DNA of 64,000 nucleotides from a virus. Its lineage: Duplodnaviria > Caudoviricetes. This document shows, in pieces, positions 32,101 to 41,370 of this stretch (positions are counted from its first letter, which is position 1; each line of letters opens with the position of its first letter). A program made the translations under genes and the position numbers. The notes under the pieces are model-generated. The model was not told where the DNA came from. It made no database searches and saw only the letters and a program-made list of their open reading frames with translations. The stretch is taken from the IMG/VR virus record IMGVR_UViG_3300037067_022448, positions 47,030-111,029 of that record; one strand, given 5' to 3'.

Positions 32101-33011
32101 GTTCCTTGTGGAAATGGAAATGTGGGTCCAACAGCCGCATCATTCAATATAATCTGATTGTTATTTAAATCTAGTGCTGGATATGCATTATCTGGATCAT
32201 ATTTATAATTTTTAATACCGTAACGATATTGATTTATATCATAAGTGTATTGTACAAAATCTCTTACCAAAATCACTGAATTTACAATAATAACAGAGCC
32301 CTTTGCTAAAGATACTGTTAAACCAATAAAACCATTACCAATGGTACTAGTATTAGAAACAATCTCTCCAGAAACTAATTCTTGCTGTAAACTAATAGGA
32401 GCCGCAGGAAAACTATCATAAGTTATAGTTTTTTCTTCAATATTACCAGTTATTGTAGAACCTACTCTTAATATTTGAAAAGCGCCTTCATTAGCAAAAC
32501 GATCAAATGGACCAGTGCCTCGTGTCATTTCTTCATCATCGATTTCTATTGAAACGTAACCAGCACTTTTAACCTCTCCAACAATATTAGAAGACTTTTC
32601 TATTTCTTTTGCGCTTGCACTTACAGTATTAAAAATAACAGAACCAGAATCTTTATTATATATATCTGGTATATTATTAAAAATATCATCTCGTACTGTG
32701 CTTTCTTCTATCTCTCCAACAAAAAAAACAACATTAGAGGTTCCATCTTCAATAAATTGTTCGCCACGAGCACCAGCAAGATTAGTTAGTGTTAATTGAT
32801 AATAGGCACCAGATATCATTGGCCTTACATTAATAATTAATATATTACTGGATACAGAAACAGAAGTTACAATCAAATCCGGAATTCCACTATAAGCTCC
32901 TTTAATAGATATACTATCAGTAGAAACCGATGGATCTAGATTTGTTGTAAAATCAACTTCAAGTTGAGAACTGCTTTTTATTTTAAGCCTAACAATTCTA
33001 ATATTTGCCAT
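26106..33011 (-). CDS. Giant (2301 aa) baseplate wedge protein, P2 gpI/T4 gp7-like, with LamG/concanavalin-like domains
   Basis: Follows baseplate J. Core segment NFGILTG...DELDRETYR...KGPTIPSI, C-terminal KLKPAHT, and LamG signatures (GTWEAFVVP, HHIACSW..LFVDG, IDEMRI, GTIEFWVSP, WHRVFVGW). Confidence 0.72.
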   Translation of the reverse strand: MANIRIVRLKIKSSSQLEVDFTTNLDPSVSTDSISIKGAYSGIPDLIVTSVSVSSNILIINVRPMISGAYYQLTLTNLAGARGEQFIEDGTSNVVFFVGEIEESTVRDDIFNNIPDIYNKDSGSVIFNTVSASAKEIEKSSNIVGEVKSAGYVSIEIDDEEMTRGTGPFDRFANEGAFQILRVGSTITGNIEEKTITYDSFPAAPISLQQELVSGEIVSNTSTIGNGFIGLTVSLAKGSVIIVNSVILVRDFVQYTYDINQYRYGIKNYKYDPDNAYPALDLNNNQIILNDAAVGPTFPFPQGTDSFIITYYYKKEGRIVEPESLDITRVVNIIRESVPAVATTFFLNHAPIVDQNGNIPTKNGIVWLNPQQNFDPTVKHPAFTSELSFNQYSLPSLPGQFMVDYSTGRVFVFGVDGTGTDGTTVIPPVANYSYLKTYQNGLDYIFYTDLNEVASIPDRDLRYSPALVKFEYEDTYADGTDFNFNSHIEEINERVENRLIENIGLYTKKYPVNEVFRIFNETTGELYTPTRITNNEVYFSATTPPNVVEVSREAANFEDVIQSQLVIVDHISITGKSFVAFKIELLNSEIGSATGSFIGASFNSSLTFSDTTRFIREFFFDPTDTLATNLSRLEQIGDYVVDYDTGIVYLAQLDTADTEIGDATYKKTTFKTRNKHIIRATDIFRSPKVGQISKTYSIGEISDTTIAVTDLDIAGEREISVTDSYGNTTLQPIQVSSGTIEVNYDIFRLYHVFQITDLQTRSNPIDFGVGAVVSSSTLDTATLDATGVLIADNNDGYGLLIETSGTRVYFSAQRISTLVTSGYAELKSAISAIDINSGINYFSYGSDGYIDATTNRIYLPTGASFAAGRTVTATYRAKLRDGAAVLVNYSVGDVFIDYAYTTDEILISYEYGDNILDWSISDTLEAGETYYVSYRYGALRNSLRDNFGILTGIDELSTIPDELDRETYRHMVEGSLQSFPKGPTIPSIKDLVSALTQIDPKITETIFLEWILGRDFIHLEKMKLGANSNEELPTYAPGKFGDGLLLSNDGQTAIIPATSNVRFNEGTWEAFVVPNWSGIENDALLTFDLKFDGYYRTDKIFIGSNNENPTEIPFSLSITDTKTLGKPSTIHTETGYFIWYDIGAKKWRCRVRAPVGIELRTFTGTISTGGEFYDVSRGATADGYDGYSFIDGYYDINEFTDKITSSDTKIKFSFILDAYDAINNNYDAYDNYGLGIRGGFDGIDFSSDNPHYFFDTGVRENYCRMSLYKDGKGFLRFRVYDGNNRIKMLSANLHNWQKLETHHIACSWKIGTIEQRDELHLFVDGAEIPNNYRYRGYFEPPQDALFLDSSTEVLAMTAIAPTIGGFDLQTTAGSNLVVSVGSTFATSGVSIGDKFEILDDTEDGTNTQTYPYVFVKTLGENYLTLQTGLGADYNAVLSLSNVRFSVNPLQLTTLSDNDVEHVRVFSGDGYNIETELYAPGSLTPQYGFSNDGYVEYVNVYDGIAINDSVLLKSYGLMQSRCRQYVFVWPNLKTNVLNTIMPQPTDISKINVTKIIVKRMLIDPTVFSLIATLVGGHMIPVIYVNIANFCQPSNRVTGRKISATLYGNNIDWAGLNNVIIDGITADGYDNEVLTWTAPGTQTTEKFFTTITDIFVSVSPMDPTKPAGAIEIRETHPLNWQENNGNYAQIFLSVQQQAGINGVVVSGDNKLIDGYSRFGVEDIGKIINITSPSAIANVYKIQDVLLDPSGKVKDSNTIVLETYGGGSVSWSASYSNVSWKMLATSYGDSGFANGLITLEIARSGGQPFLLGSCWYEVDFPTYLTVPWPETPKLFFVGSDFRAEHQANAVIDEMRILDEMSVDTGKGSPVPSSGRSITTDNLIVRELSSTIQTLGLFHFDNNVTNSASFYSSYSPVYNQSENSVNANFKQSAIFNKKQPLKVDNKSIFNNNSGTIEFWVSPILDTYNDPTKRYFVDLTPAQQITVGRATTVAQSGIISNLLIRLSVRARTIDSVTVSGSSKNYFTGGTLSNDGYIIRLGQTLPKNIQEVIVTYVPITSQGDRFSLYKDEFGAFNLLVTASGVDYQIRAPIYWKKNSWHRVFVGWSLNNIDNQDRLVLMVDGTEAGIIRYGTGLKYGAGHLYGSPTVWGSATAGTIAARNILADINLTDLFNIINIGADFTGQFPAMARVDNLRFSSEMRQIVYLGGSGPGQLIGKDILYTSNVNTAQPVVSDALTRLLLDFDTPQEKVEYLATVRNMATGIFDFYVEVIDTFGLIDTDLAHELLTSLIEKLKPAHTRAFVSFTK

Positions 33012-33012
33012 A

Positions 33013-36000
33013 TTAACGTTCCTCTGTACTTACAGTTACTATTCCAGGGGCTATATATTCATTCTTCTGGGCAACTATACTAAGTTTTGTACCAAGAACT
33101 CCAGTTTTATTAAATCTAGTGATTCTCACTCTATCTACTCCTTGGACATTATACACGCTATCAATAATGTCTGAGGAATCAATTGTTGTTCCTAATGCGG
33201 TCGCAGTAAGTGCCGAAGTTATATTATCAGAAACATCCTGTTTTACCGTACTTTTCTGATCCTTATAAGCATTAGATACAATAATTACTGCAGAAACATC
33301 CACTTCAATCTTACTGGCTGCCTTTTCCAGAACATCTGCAGTTATTGGTCTCTTTTGCTCTACCGCAGTAGTTGCGTCTACAATTAATTTATTATATTCA
33401 TAGTTTATTGTAATTCTTTCATTATCTTTAGGAGCTTTATAAATATAACTAGTTAAATATGTTTCGTTTATTGTTGGCTGATTTAAAGTGTCAATTTGGA
33501 CTGACCCAATAATGGTGCCACCAGAATCTTGTAAACCAGAAATTCTATTTATTGATGATATATAACCAAATCGTTTATTAGTTATCGCCTTACCACTTCT
33601 CGAGAAATATAAATCTTCATAATCATTTGGTTTAGCATAATAGAAAGTTACTAATAGTTTTGTTCCTGTTACTATAGTTGAACTATTATTATATGTTGTC
33701 GAGGCTAATCTCACTCCAGTCATCGAGATATTTGAATTTTCAATTGAGTGTGCTATGTCCCACCTTGTATCTCTGATTGCATAATTTGTTAAATCGTACT
33801 CAAAATCTGTTGATGAGATAGCTCCGCTAATATTTGTGGTCACTTTATCAATTTTAGTAACCCTTACAACATAAATGTTTGGAATACTAGATGTACCCTC
33901 TGCTGATTTTATTAGACCATACAAATCTATTGTATTATCTGCGGTAGCAGTAAGAATTCCTGTTACTTTATTTATTGTAGTTCCTACAATTCTAATAGAA
34001 CCCCCTGTTGTAGGAATGTTTGAGAGAGTAACAACTAAATTAGAGGGCGATCTTCTTTGGTTAGCGGTAATAACTGTTCCAGAAAAACTATTAAGTGCCG
34101 GCTGATATCCATCAACATCCACAAATGAATTAAAGCCATCTCCGGAAATTGGAAAATTAGCTATCTGAGTTGAAGTTGGAATAACGTTTGAAATATTTGC
34201 TACATAATTAACTCTTACAAATGTACCAGAAGTAACAATTGTATTTGGAAGAATATAAATATCGTTATTTACAAAAAGCCCACTATCGTATCCATCAACT
34301 TCAGCAATATTATTTAGGTTATAAATAACCGATACTATGTCGCCCGCTCTTGCTAATGTATCAGTTGGTAATGTAATAACCCTATATGAGAATTTTCCAT
34401 CATTTTCTTTGGTGTTATATACTTCAGGCTCACCAGTTAAGGAGGCATCTTTTATACTATATACATTAGAAACAGAATCTGTTGTAGTAATTGTTTTATC
34501 AATAGCAACAACTAATGTTTCCGATTTAAAAATATTAACAGAAAGTATGCGACTTATTGGATATAAAGTTTTAACCATTAAGTTACCATAAGAATCCAAA
34601 ATTGCTTGAGATATTTCATCTCTTATATAGTTTGAATAGCCCCACTCTACAGAATCTTGAGTTGAATCCAAAGGATCTCTTGGATTTAAATTATCAAAAT
34701 CTACATATTTATCATATGGAAAAACCCAAGTATAATCTACTTGTAGAATATCACTTACTGTTGGTAAAGTACTTCCACTAATCTTGATCCTGCCTGTTGT
34801 ATTAAGATTACCAGTCCCATCTGGGTTTTGGTCTAATATGATATATCTTTCTCCAGTGGTTAAATTAAAAATGCGGCTTACGGTTCTAACTGGCTTGTGT
34901 TTGGTGGTTATGTATGACCTAGAAGAATTTTGAACAGACGAGTTTTCATTAGTAATTTGAATATCTTGTGTAATCCCAGTTAATTCTGATATTTCAGTAT
35001 AGGCTAAAGAATCAACTGAATTAAATTGACCTTTAGTACTAGATTCATCAGATAGATCAATATAGCTAGATGTCCATGCAAACTTGTCTAATCCAAAAGA
35101 ACTTCCACCAGCACTGCCAGTATCTTTAATTAGTTTATAATTTCCTTTATATTGTCCGGTTGTTGTGTCTAAATATTGTTCTACAAAATTAGTTCCAGAT
35201 AGGCTTCCACTTACTGATGTAATTTTAGAAACTGGTTGATTTGGAATTGCAGCGCCTTCTGACAAAGTTGCAACCCTACGAGAATTAAGTGTTAAACTAG
35301 TACTTGCTGTAAGATTGCTTTGTCCTAGAACAAAATTATTGGCAGGGTCTGATGCATCTCCTGTTCCACTTTGATCGTAATATACAAAACTATCTGTCGC
35401 GGGTTGTAAATTTTCACCCATAACATAGATATCTATTCTACCACCAGTTCCAGGTTTTGAGACTATGGTGTTTCCATAACTATCAACTGTTGTAACCGTT
35501 CCATCTCTAGTCATTAGTGGGTCGCCAGGTTCAATTACAAGAGCGTCTATTGCATCTGCAAGATTCAAAATAATACTTCTATAACATAAGGCCGTGCCAA
35601 TATTTGCACTTGAAAATGTAGCTAGAATTCGTGCTCTAAAAGCAACATCATCTTCTAAGTTTGTACCACCAGTAAAAGGAGAAACATTTGTAACATTACT
35701 TACTCCAGAAATATTTTGGCTTACTATTGAGTATGACGAAATGTTTCCAACACTACCAGTGCTCTGAGTTTGTACAGACACCTCAATAGCAAAAGTATCA
35801 GTGATGCCAGCAGTATTAAGTTGTTGTCTTAATCTAGTTGCCGTGGCTCTCAAAGAGTTTGCTTGTGATGTCGTTACTGTTGTACTTGATACTGTTAAAA
35901 ATGGTATTCCATTTCTTGTTCTAACAATAGAATTTTGTGGAATTGGAACATCTGAGCTGAGTGATTTAAAAGTAAGAACCACATTACCATAAGCTTTGGT

Positions 36001-36249
36001 TCCGGTTTGTCTAGAAATACCATAATTTGAGCCATAATTAGTAAGATCTTGGCCCGTCAAATTTGCCACAGATTGCATAGCCGCAACATTTTTAATTGCA
36101 TCGTATATGATTGAAACTTGTTGAGCTTGAGCGTCAACAAATAAATCGCGAGCCACTGATGCAGGTTTTGTATCCAAGCTTGGTTGAGTCAATCGTAGAT
36201 AGTTTAATATATCTAGAACTATATTATTAAAGCTTTTATAAGTTACCAT
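33013..36249 (-). CDS. Baseplate J-like wedge protein (T4 gp6/P2 gpJ), enlarged
   Basis: LDTKPASVARDL, LTGQDLTNYGSNYGISR..GTKAYG.V, VTNVSPFTGGTNLEDD..FRARI and C-terminal VQGVDRV. Confidence 0.9.
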   Translation of the reverse strand: MVTYKSFNNIVLDILNYLRLTQPSLDTKPASVARDLFVDAQAQQVSIIYDAIKNVAAMQSVANLTGQDLTNYGSNYGISRQTGTKAYGNVVLTFKSLSSDVPIPQNSIVRTRNGIPFLTVSSTTVTTSQANSLRATATRLRQQLNTAGITDTFAIEVSVQTQSTGSVGNISSYSIVSQNISGVSNVTNVSPFTGGTNLEDDVAFRARILATFSSANIGTALCYRSIILNLADAIDALVIEPGDPLMTRDGTVTTVDSYGNTIVSKPGTGGRIDIYVMGENLQPATDSFVYYDQSGTGDASDPANNFVLGQSNLTASTSLTLNSRRVATLSEGAAIPNQPVSKITSVSGSLSGTNFVEQYLDTTTGQYKGNYKLIKDTGSAGGSSFGLDKFAWTSSYIDLSDESSTKGQFNSVDSLAYTEISELTGITQDIQITNENSSVQNSSRSYITTKHKPVRTVSRIFNLTTGERYIILDQNPDGTGNLNTTGRIKISGSTLPTVSDILQVDYTWVFPYDKYVDFDNLNPRDPLDSTQDSVEWGYSNYIRDEISQAILDSYGNLMVKTLYPISRILSVNIFKSETLVVAIDKTITTTDSVSNVYSIKDASLTGEPEVYNTKENDGKFSYRVITLPTDTLARAGDIVSVIYNLNNIAEVDGYDSGLFVNNDIYILPNTIVTSGTFVRVNYVANISNVIPTSTQIANFPISGDGFNSFVDVDGYQPALNSFSGTVITANQRRSPSNLVVTLSNIPTTGGSIRIVGTTINKVTGILTATADNTIDLYGLIKSAEGTSSIPNIYVVRVTKIDKVTTNISGAISSTDFEYDLTNYAIRDTRWDIAHSIENSNISMTGVRLASTTYNNSSTIVTGTKLLVTFYYAKPNDYEDLYFSRSGKAITNKRFGYISSINRISGLQDSGGTIIGSVQIDTLNQPTINETYLTSYIYKAPKDNERITINYEYNKLIVDATTAVEQKRPITADVLEKAASKIEVDVSAVIIVSNAYKDQKSTVKQDVSDNITSALTATALGTTIDSSDIIDSVYNVQGVDRVRITRFNKTGVLGTKLSIVAQKNEYIAPGIVTVSTEER

Positions 36250-36263
36250 TTTTAGAAAAACTC

Positions 36264-36692
36264 CTATAATGTTAAAGAGAATGTTTCTTCAACAACATTA
36301 AGCTTGCGCGTAAGTACGCTTACAGTAATGTCATACTGTCTTGGATCAATATTACTTCTTAACACAGTAACATTTCTAATGGCAGCAATCATCTCGCCTG
36401 CTGAAACATACTGGGTTCTTGCTTGAGCATTTTGTAATGAAATTAATTGAGATAAAGTATTTTGAATAGAGCGTTCTGCCTCAGATGTAACAAAATCATT
36501 ATCTAAAACCTGACCAATTAGATTTAACGACAAAGAGCTTCCATACCATGAAAAAAATTTATTATCACCTGTTGTAGTTAGCAATGCCTTTATAATATCT
36601 TGAATAAGTTTTTGATTATCTCTAACAGTTTGAATCGAACCGTCAGGATTTATCTTAAGATCATTATTTTCAATTCGCAGATCGAATGACAT
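36264..36692 (-). CDS. Baseplate wedge/sheath initiator, gp25/GPW-like
   Basis: MSFDLRIENNDL, KLIQDIIKALLT..G....WYGS.L and DPRQYDITVSV; directly upstream of baseplate J. Confidence 0.85.
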   Translation of the reverse strand: MSFDLRIENNDLKINPDGSIQTVRDNQKLIQDIIKALLTTTGDNKFFSWYGSSLSLNLIGQVLDNDFVTSEAERSIQNTLSQLISLQNAQARTQYVSAGEMIAAIRNVTVLRSNIDPRQYDITVSVLTRKLNVVEETFSLTL

Positions 36693-36753
36693 TATAATTC
36701 TTCTCCCAATGCTGTAATTTCTTGACCAGCTTTAACTTCTTCTTGCTCTGTTG

Positions 36754-38412
36754 TTATGATGTTTTTACTTGATCATTATAATAATTTAAAGACTTTGTTA
36801 CAGATCTTACATTTTTTGCATCCTTTGCCCTCGCCGACCGGTCTGAATTTGTTTTGATATAAGTATTTAGTAAATCAAAAATCCAAGTTACTGTTTTTTC
36901 TAAACTATCAACAGCTCCTTTGGCAGTATCTAAACCATCTATTAAGTTTAAAGACTCAAGAGCCGCAGCAAGCACCTTATCTTTTTTCATTTCATCTATT
37001 GTGTCTCTATCTAACAAAGAAACCAACTCTTGTTTACTTATTGTAAATAATGCTATTATAATAGAAACAATATCTATTACTGAAAGCCCTGTAAATTCCC
37101 CGGTCATCATCTCTAATTCTAATCTAAGAGCTTCCATTCTTTGATTTGTTTTTTGAATTTGGTCCTCAATTTTTTTAATTTTATCTTGAGTATCATCAAT
37201 ATCAGGAGTTAATAATTTTATAAATGCTATTACAAGATTCATAAAAACAGTATTTTTGGTCATATTTTTAGCGTTTGTATCACTACCAAGAATTGTATCA
37301 TCACTTGGCAAAAGCATTTGTATTGCTTGGTCTTTTGCTAGTTTTTTTTGTAAAGCTTGTATTTGTTGAGCAAATTCTGATTCTGGATTTAATATAATTT
37401 CAGCCGAGGTAGTTCTTTTTCCAAAGGGACTATTTTGAGCTGACGTTGTTCTTACAGATATTGTACATTTTATTTTTTGATATAATAGCTCTTGGTTTTT
37501 AAGTAACTCGTTCCATTTTTTTGCGAGTTGCGGCAAAGATGAAAGAAGACGCCTCAAAATAAGATTCTCTAACATTCCGCCGGAATCTACCGATGAAAGA
37601 ACGCTATTAGTTTCAGCAGATATTGATGCAAACGCTTTATCTCCTATATCTTTTTGTATAGCTTTTTTAATATCATCTGCTTTAGCTTTTCCGGCAGAAT
37701 TCTCTGCATTAGCTGCCGTTACTAGTCGTATTCTTATTACAGTCTCAATAAAAGATTTTGGTAATTTTGTCTGGCTATCAGGCATCTGATCTTTAGTATA
37801 TTGTAAAAATGGCCGAGCAGTTTCATTTTTTACTGGAGTTACTTTTATATAAGATGTAACCAAAGGAAATATTTTTTTAAAAACTTTCCTACAACCAGCT
37901 GGCGCTTTTTTTGAATCCTTATAGTTTAAAAGAGCGCCATTTGGTCCCACAATACCTTCAACATTTGGAGCCAGAGGAATGGCATATCTCATAGCTTGCG
38001 TCATTGCGTCGTCCATTTCCTGAGTTCCGACTTTATTCTCTCTATCTAACAAAGTAGATTCTCTTTTTGCTAAAGAAAAAGAAAGATCATCATCTTTTTC
38101 GGTATTCTGTAAAATGTATTGAGAAAATTTATTACCATAATAACCTGGTGTTAAATTTCTTTCACCTGATAAATTGCCACTTGGTTTCGATTTATTATTT
38201 TTGTTGCGCTTCTCAATACTTACAAACATTGGTAGCCCAATTAATCTAAAAAACGCATTAACTCTTGATTCAATTGGTTTATGTTCTTTTTGGCTAGTAT
38301 CATTATCAGCTTGGTCAAACTCATACGAACGAATTTGATCTACTTCGCCAAGAATTTTCTTTGCGAAATCAATGATGTCAAAATCGGCCACGCTCTGAAA
38401 ATCATTAGCCAT
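36754..38412 (-). CDS. Hypothetical virion-associated coiled-coil protein (may originally have ended at 36692)
   Basis: 552-aa helical ORF inside the baseplate module. Confidence 0.6.
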   Translation of the reverse strand: MANDFQSVADFDIIDFAKKILGEVDQIRSYEFDQADNDTSQKEHKPIESRVNAFFRLIGLPMFVSIEKRNKNNKSKPSGNLSGERNLTPGYYGNKFSQYILQNTEKDDDLSFSLAKRESTLLDRENKVGTQEMDDAMTQAMRYAIPLAPNVEGIVGPNGALLNYKDSKKAPAGCRKVFKKIFPLVTSYIKVTPVKNETARPFLQYTKDQMPDSQTKLPKSFIETVIRIRLVTAANAENSAGKAKADDIKKAIQKDIGDKAFASISAETNSVLSSVDSGGMLENLILRRLLSSLPQLAKKWNELLKNQELLYQKIKCTISVRTTSAQNSPFGKRTTSAEIILNPESEFAQQIQALQKKLAKDQAIQMLLPSDDTILGSDTNAKNMTKNTVFMNLVIAFIKLLTPDIDDTQDKIKKIEDQIQKTNQRMEALRLELEMMTGEFTGLSVIDIVSIIIALFTISKQELVSLLDRDTIDEMKKDKVLAAALESLNLIDGLDTAKGAVDSLEKTVTWIFDLLNTYIKTNSDRSARAKDAKNVRSVTKSLNYYNDQVKTS

Positions 38413-40400
38413 TATGATCTCCCAACCCCAAGAGGCTCGTTAGAACCTTCAGTACGAACTTGATAATCGCTTGGCTCAACAAATTGAACATAAACATATC
38501 TTGGTTGCAGACTATAACCATCGAAATATGCTACGTCATAACCATCTATGGTTGCTCCAATCTGAGAAGTTATTGGTACGAAACTATTTAAAGTAGCGCC
38601 AAAAATTCCAGTAGAAATTCCATATTCATCAAGAATTTCCATAGTAGAAGAAAGTTCTCCAGAAGAAGCAGATATTTCTACATCAATAGTTCCGGGTGGC
38701 AATCCTAAAGTAAGTACTGCGCCATTTTTATCTAAAGGTATTACATTTATAGTCGCATCATGTCCAATCATTTGAATTGGGGGCTCAGTAGCTAGAATAC
38801 TATTTTCTAAATCTAAAACCTTATCAATTAGTTTCTTCAAATAATCAACCATATCATTTTTAAAATTATTGAGTGAGTCGGCAACACAAGATTGAAGACC
38901 AACTATATTTGTTGCCATAGAACTATAATTATCAAGGACCCAATCCGAAGTAATATTTAACGGAGCGACAGCTGTTAAGCATCCATTTAAATCAGAAATA
39001 AGCTTATCCAAATCAGGAAGTTCTGGTAGAACTGTATCTTTAAGTTGTGGGAATCTATTTTCTACGCCAGCCACAGTTGCTCTAACTGCAGGATGGCAAC
39101 CAATTCCTATCAAATTATGTCTTATTAATTCTTCATGATTAATATCTAATAAATACTTTTTATTAGAGCCAAGTTGTGGAGCCATACACCATTTGATATC
39201 GCTAAAATTTGTACCATAAGACCAAGTAAGGGTTCCGGTTTTCTCTAATAATGAGCTATAACCATCATAGATGCCTTTAATAAGCCAAGTTCCATTATTA
39301 TTAGCCGCCTCGGTTGCTCCTCTTCTATCCTGCAAAACAATATACCTTGTATTTTCATAAGTAGAAACAAATGCATCCCTACTTGTACAAAATCTAGCAC
39401 ATGTCGTTGGCAATGGTGCACCATACATGTCAACATTTGATAAATAACCATCAGTAATGTAACTTGATTCAGTTAGAAGTAGAATTGCTGAACCACCAGA
39501 ATCAACACCCGACATAGCAAAATCTGTATTTTCAACAGTAAGAACATATGGCAGTTTATCTTTATCTGTAACACTAACATAATTAAAACCGGCAGGGAAA
39601 AAATCTCTGATTGATTTAAGATCATTTACAAGGGATGGCGCACTAAAATAAATTAATGGAATTTCATAAGTATAATATACATTAAGAATTCCATCTGAAC
39701 CACTAATTGTTGTTGAATTCTTTATAATTGGTGGGCAATTTTCATCATTACAACAAGCATCACTTCCTCTACAAGGAATTCCTATACCTAAATTAAGAAG
39801 GGTCTTAATCATCTCCCAAAGAGCACCCAAAGTGGCTAATATGCCCAATATATTTTGTAATTCTTTAAATAAAGATGTAATTTTAAAAGCAATGGCTAAT
39901 TGTGCGTCCTGATTATTACTAGCAAAAGCATTAATTAACATTTGTATATTCTTTATTATATCATTGATGAGTGGAACTATTACCGTAAGTATGTATTCAA
40001 TTATAGCTAATATTATTTTAATCAGACATATAATAATTGCAGGAATTGTTAACTGTGGAAATATCGAAATAAAATCTGGTAAACAAGTACCAAATAGTTT
40101 AATAATAGCGGCAATCACGGAAAACGGATTTACTAGTGCACAAAGGACTTCAATAATACAACTAATCATCCTTATTACAACAGTAATCATTCCATATGCA
40201 GACGTAAAACCTGAAAGTAAGCGAGCTTGCTCCGAAATAACATCGCCTAAATTTTTAGTTGCACTCGGTAATGGAGATGGCTTGATTATAGCACCAGCTG
40301 GACACGTACATTTTAATTTATTAACGTATTCCGAATAAGTAGTCGGAATCATACCCTTCTGGGGAAACAAGTTAATTGGTTTTACTTGGGGAACACTCAT
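38412..40400 (-). CDS. Hypothetical virion protein with long hydrophobic N-terminal helices
   Basis: 662 aa; residues ~65-210 are strongly aliphatic; the C-terminus is an Ig/invasin-like beta region. Confidence 0.6.
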   Translation of the reverse strand: MSVPQVKPINLFPQKGMIPTTYSEYVNKLKCTCPAGAIIKPSPLPSATKNLGDVISEQARLLSGFTSAYGMITVVIRMISCIIEVLCALVNPFSVIAAIIKLFGTCLPDFISIFPQLTIPAIIICLIKIILAIIEYILTVIVPLINDIIKNIQMLINAFASNNQDAQLAIAFKITSLFKELQNILGILATLGALWEMIKTLLNLGIGIPCRGSDACCNDENCPPIIKNSTTISGSDGILNVYYTYEIPLIYFSAPSLVNDLKSIRDFFPAGFNYVSVTDKDKLPYVLTVENTDFAMSGVDSGGSAILLLTESSYITDGYLSNVDMYGAPLPTTCARFCTSRDAFVSTYENTRYIVLQDRRGATEAANNNGTWLIKGIYDGYSSLLEKTGTLTWSYGTNFSDIKWCMAPQLGSNKKYLLDINHEELIRHNLIGIGCHPAVRATVAGVENRFPQLKDTVLPELPDLDKLISDLNGCLTAVAPLNITSDWVLDNYSSMATNIVGLQSCVADSLNNFKNDMVDYLKKLIDKVLDLENSILATEPPIQMIGHDATINVIPLDKNGAVLTLGLPPGTIDVEISASSGELSSTMEILDEYGISTGIFGATLNSFVPITSQIGATIDGYDVAYFDGYSLQPRYVYVQFVEPSDYQVRTEGSNEPLGVGRS

Positions 40401-41356
40401 TCTACCACCTGTAAATTATATTTATTAGTTATAAAGTTACAAAAATTTACAAACTCATCTAAATTATATTTATTATTTTTACTTAAGTTTTCTTCTTTTT
40501 TAAGCCATTGATGGTTTTCAGGAGAAAAAGCTATAATAATTTGAGTTTTATTATCAAAATTAAAAGCACTTATAGGAAATATATGGTCTATATGATAGTC
40601 TTTTCTGTCGCCGGGACAAGGGCCCAGATATTTTAAAATTTCTTCATAATTTATTCCATATTCTTTTGAACTTTTAATTTTACCAGTTGTAGAATAATTT
40701 ATAAAAGCTTTTCTAATTCGTTCTCTTAATAAACAAGCTAAGCGCAAATTTTCGTTATTTTCTTTACGGATCTGACCATAACAACTCTTACAGAAATTTT
40801 TATTATCACTAATTTTATGAACGGGCTTTATTTTATGACACCTAAAACATTCTTGTTTTGGTCTATAATTTTTATCATAACATTTTAAACATATTGGATT
40901 ATAGTTAATATATTTATGAATTGGCTCTATTTTACCACAGCAAAAACATTCTACCTTTTTAGCAAAATTTTTATCATAACATTTATTACAAAAAGATTTT
41001 TCATCGACATTTATACTAATTCTTTTAGTTTTGCCACATCCATCACATTTTCTTTTTGGCTGTGCTGTTTTTTGATAACAACTTCTACAAATACAAAATT
41101 TATCACTAGTTTTACTAATTGGCCCAATATTTCCACAAATTCCACACCTTTTTTGAATTCGATAATTTTTATAATATTTATGGCATATGGGCTCATTGTT
41201 AATATTTTTAGCAATAGCTCTTATTTCTCCACAATCACGACATTTTCTTTTTGGTTTATTTTCATTATAGCAAGAGTTACAAATTGGCCTATTCTTTTTT
41301 AAACCAACTTTTATTTTTTTGTTTTTGTCACAAATACTACAAACAGCTTCTGCCAT
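40397..41356 (-). CDS. HNH homing endonuclease with six tandem CxxC...CxxCY zinc-finger repeats
   Basis: Six ~32-aa repeats (e.g. CFRCHKIKPVHKISDNKNFCKSCY), then YHIDHIFP...ENHQWL..EENLSKNNK. Confidence 0.85.
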   Translation of the reverse strand: MAEAVCSICDKNKKIKVGLKKNRPICNSCYNENKPKRKCRDCGEIRAIAKNINNEPICHKYYKNYRIQKRCGICGNIGPISKTSDKFCICRSCYQKTAQPKRKCDGCGKTKRISINVDEKSFCNKCYDKNFAKKVECFCCGKIEPIHKYINYNPICLKCYDKNYRPKQECFRCHKIKPVHKISDNKNFCKSCYGQIRKENNENLRLACLLRERIRKAFINYSTTGKIKSSKEYGINYEEILKYLGPCPGDRKDYHIDHIFPISAFNFDNKTQIIIAFSPENHQWLKKEENLSKNNKYNLDEFVNFCNFITNKYNLQVVE

Positions 41357-41370
41357 AATTTTCTCCTTAC

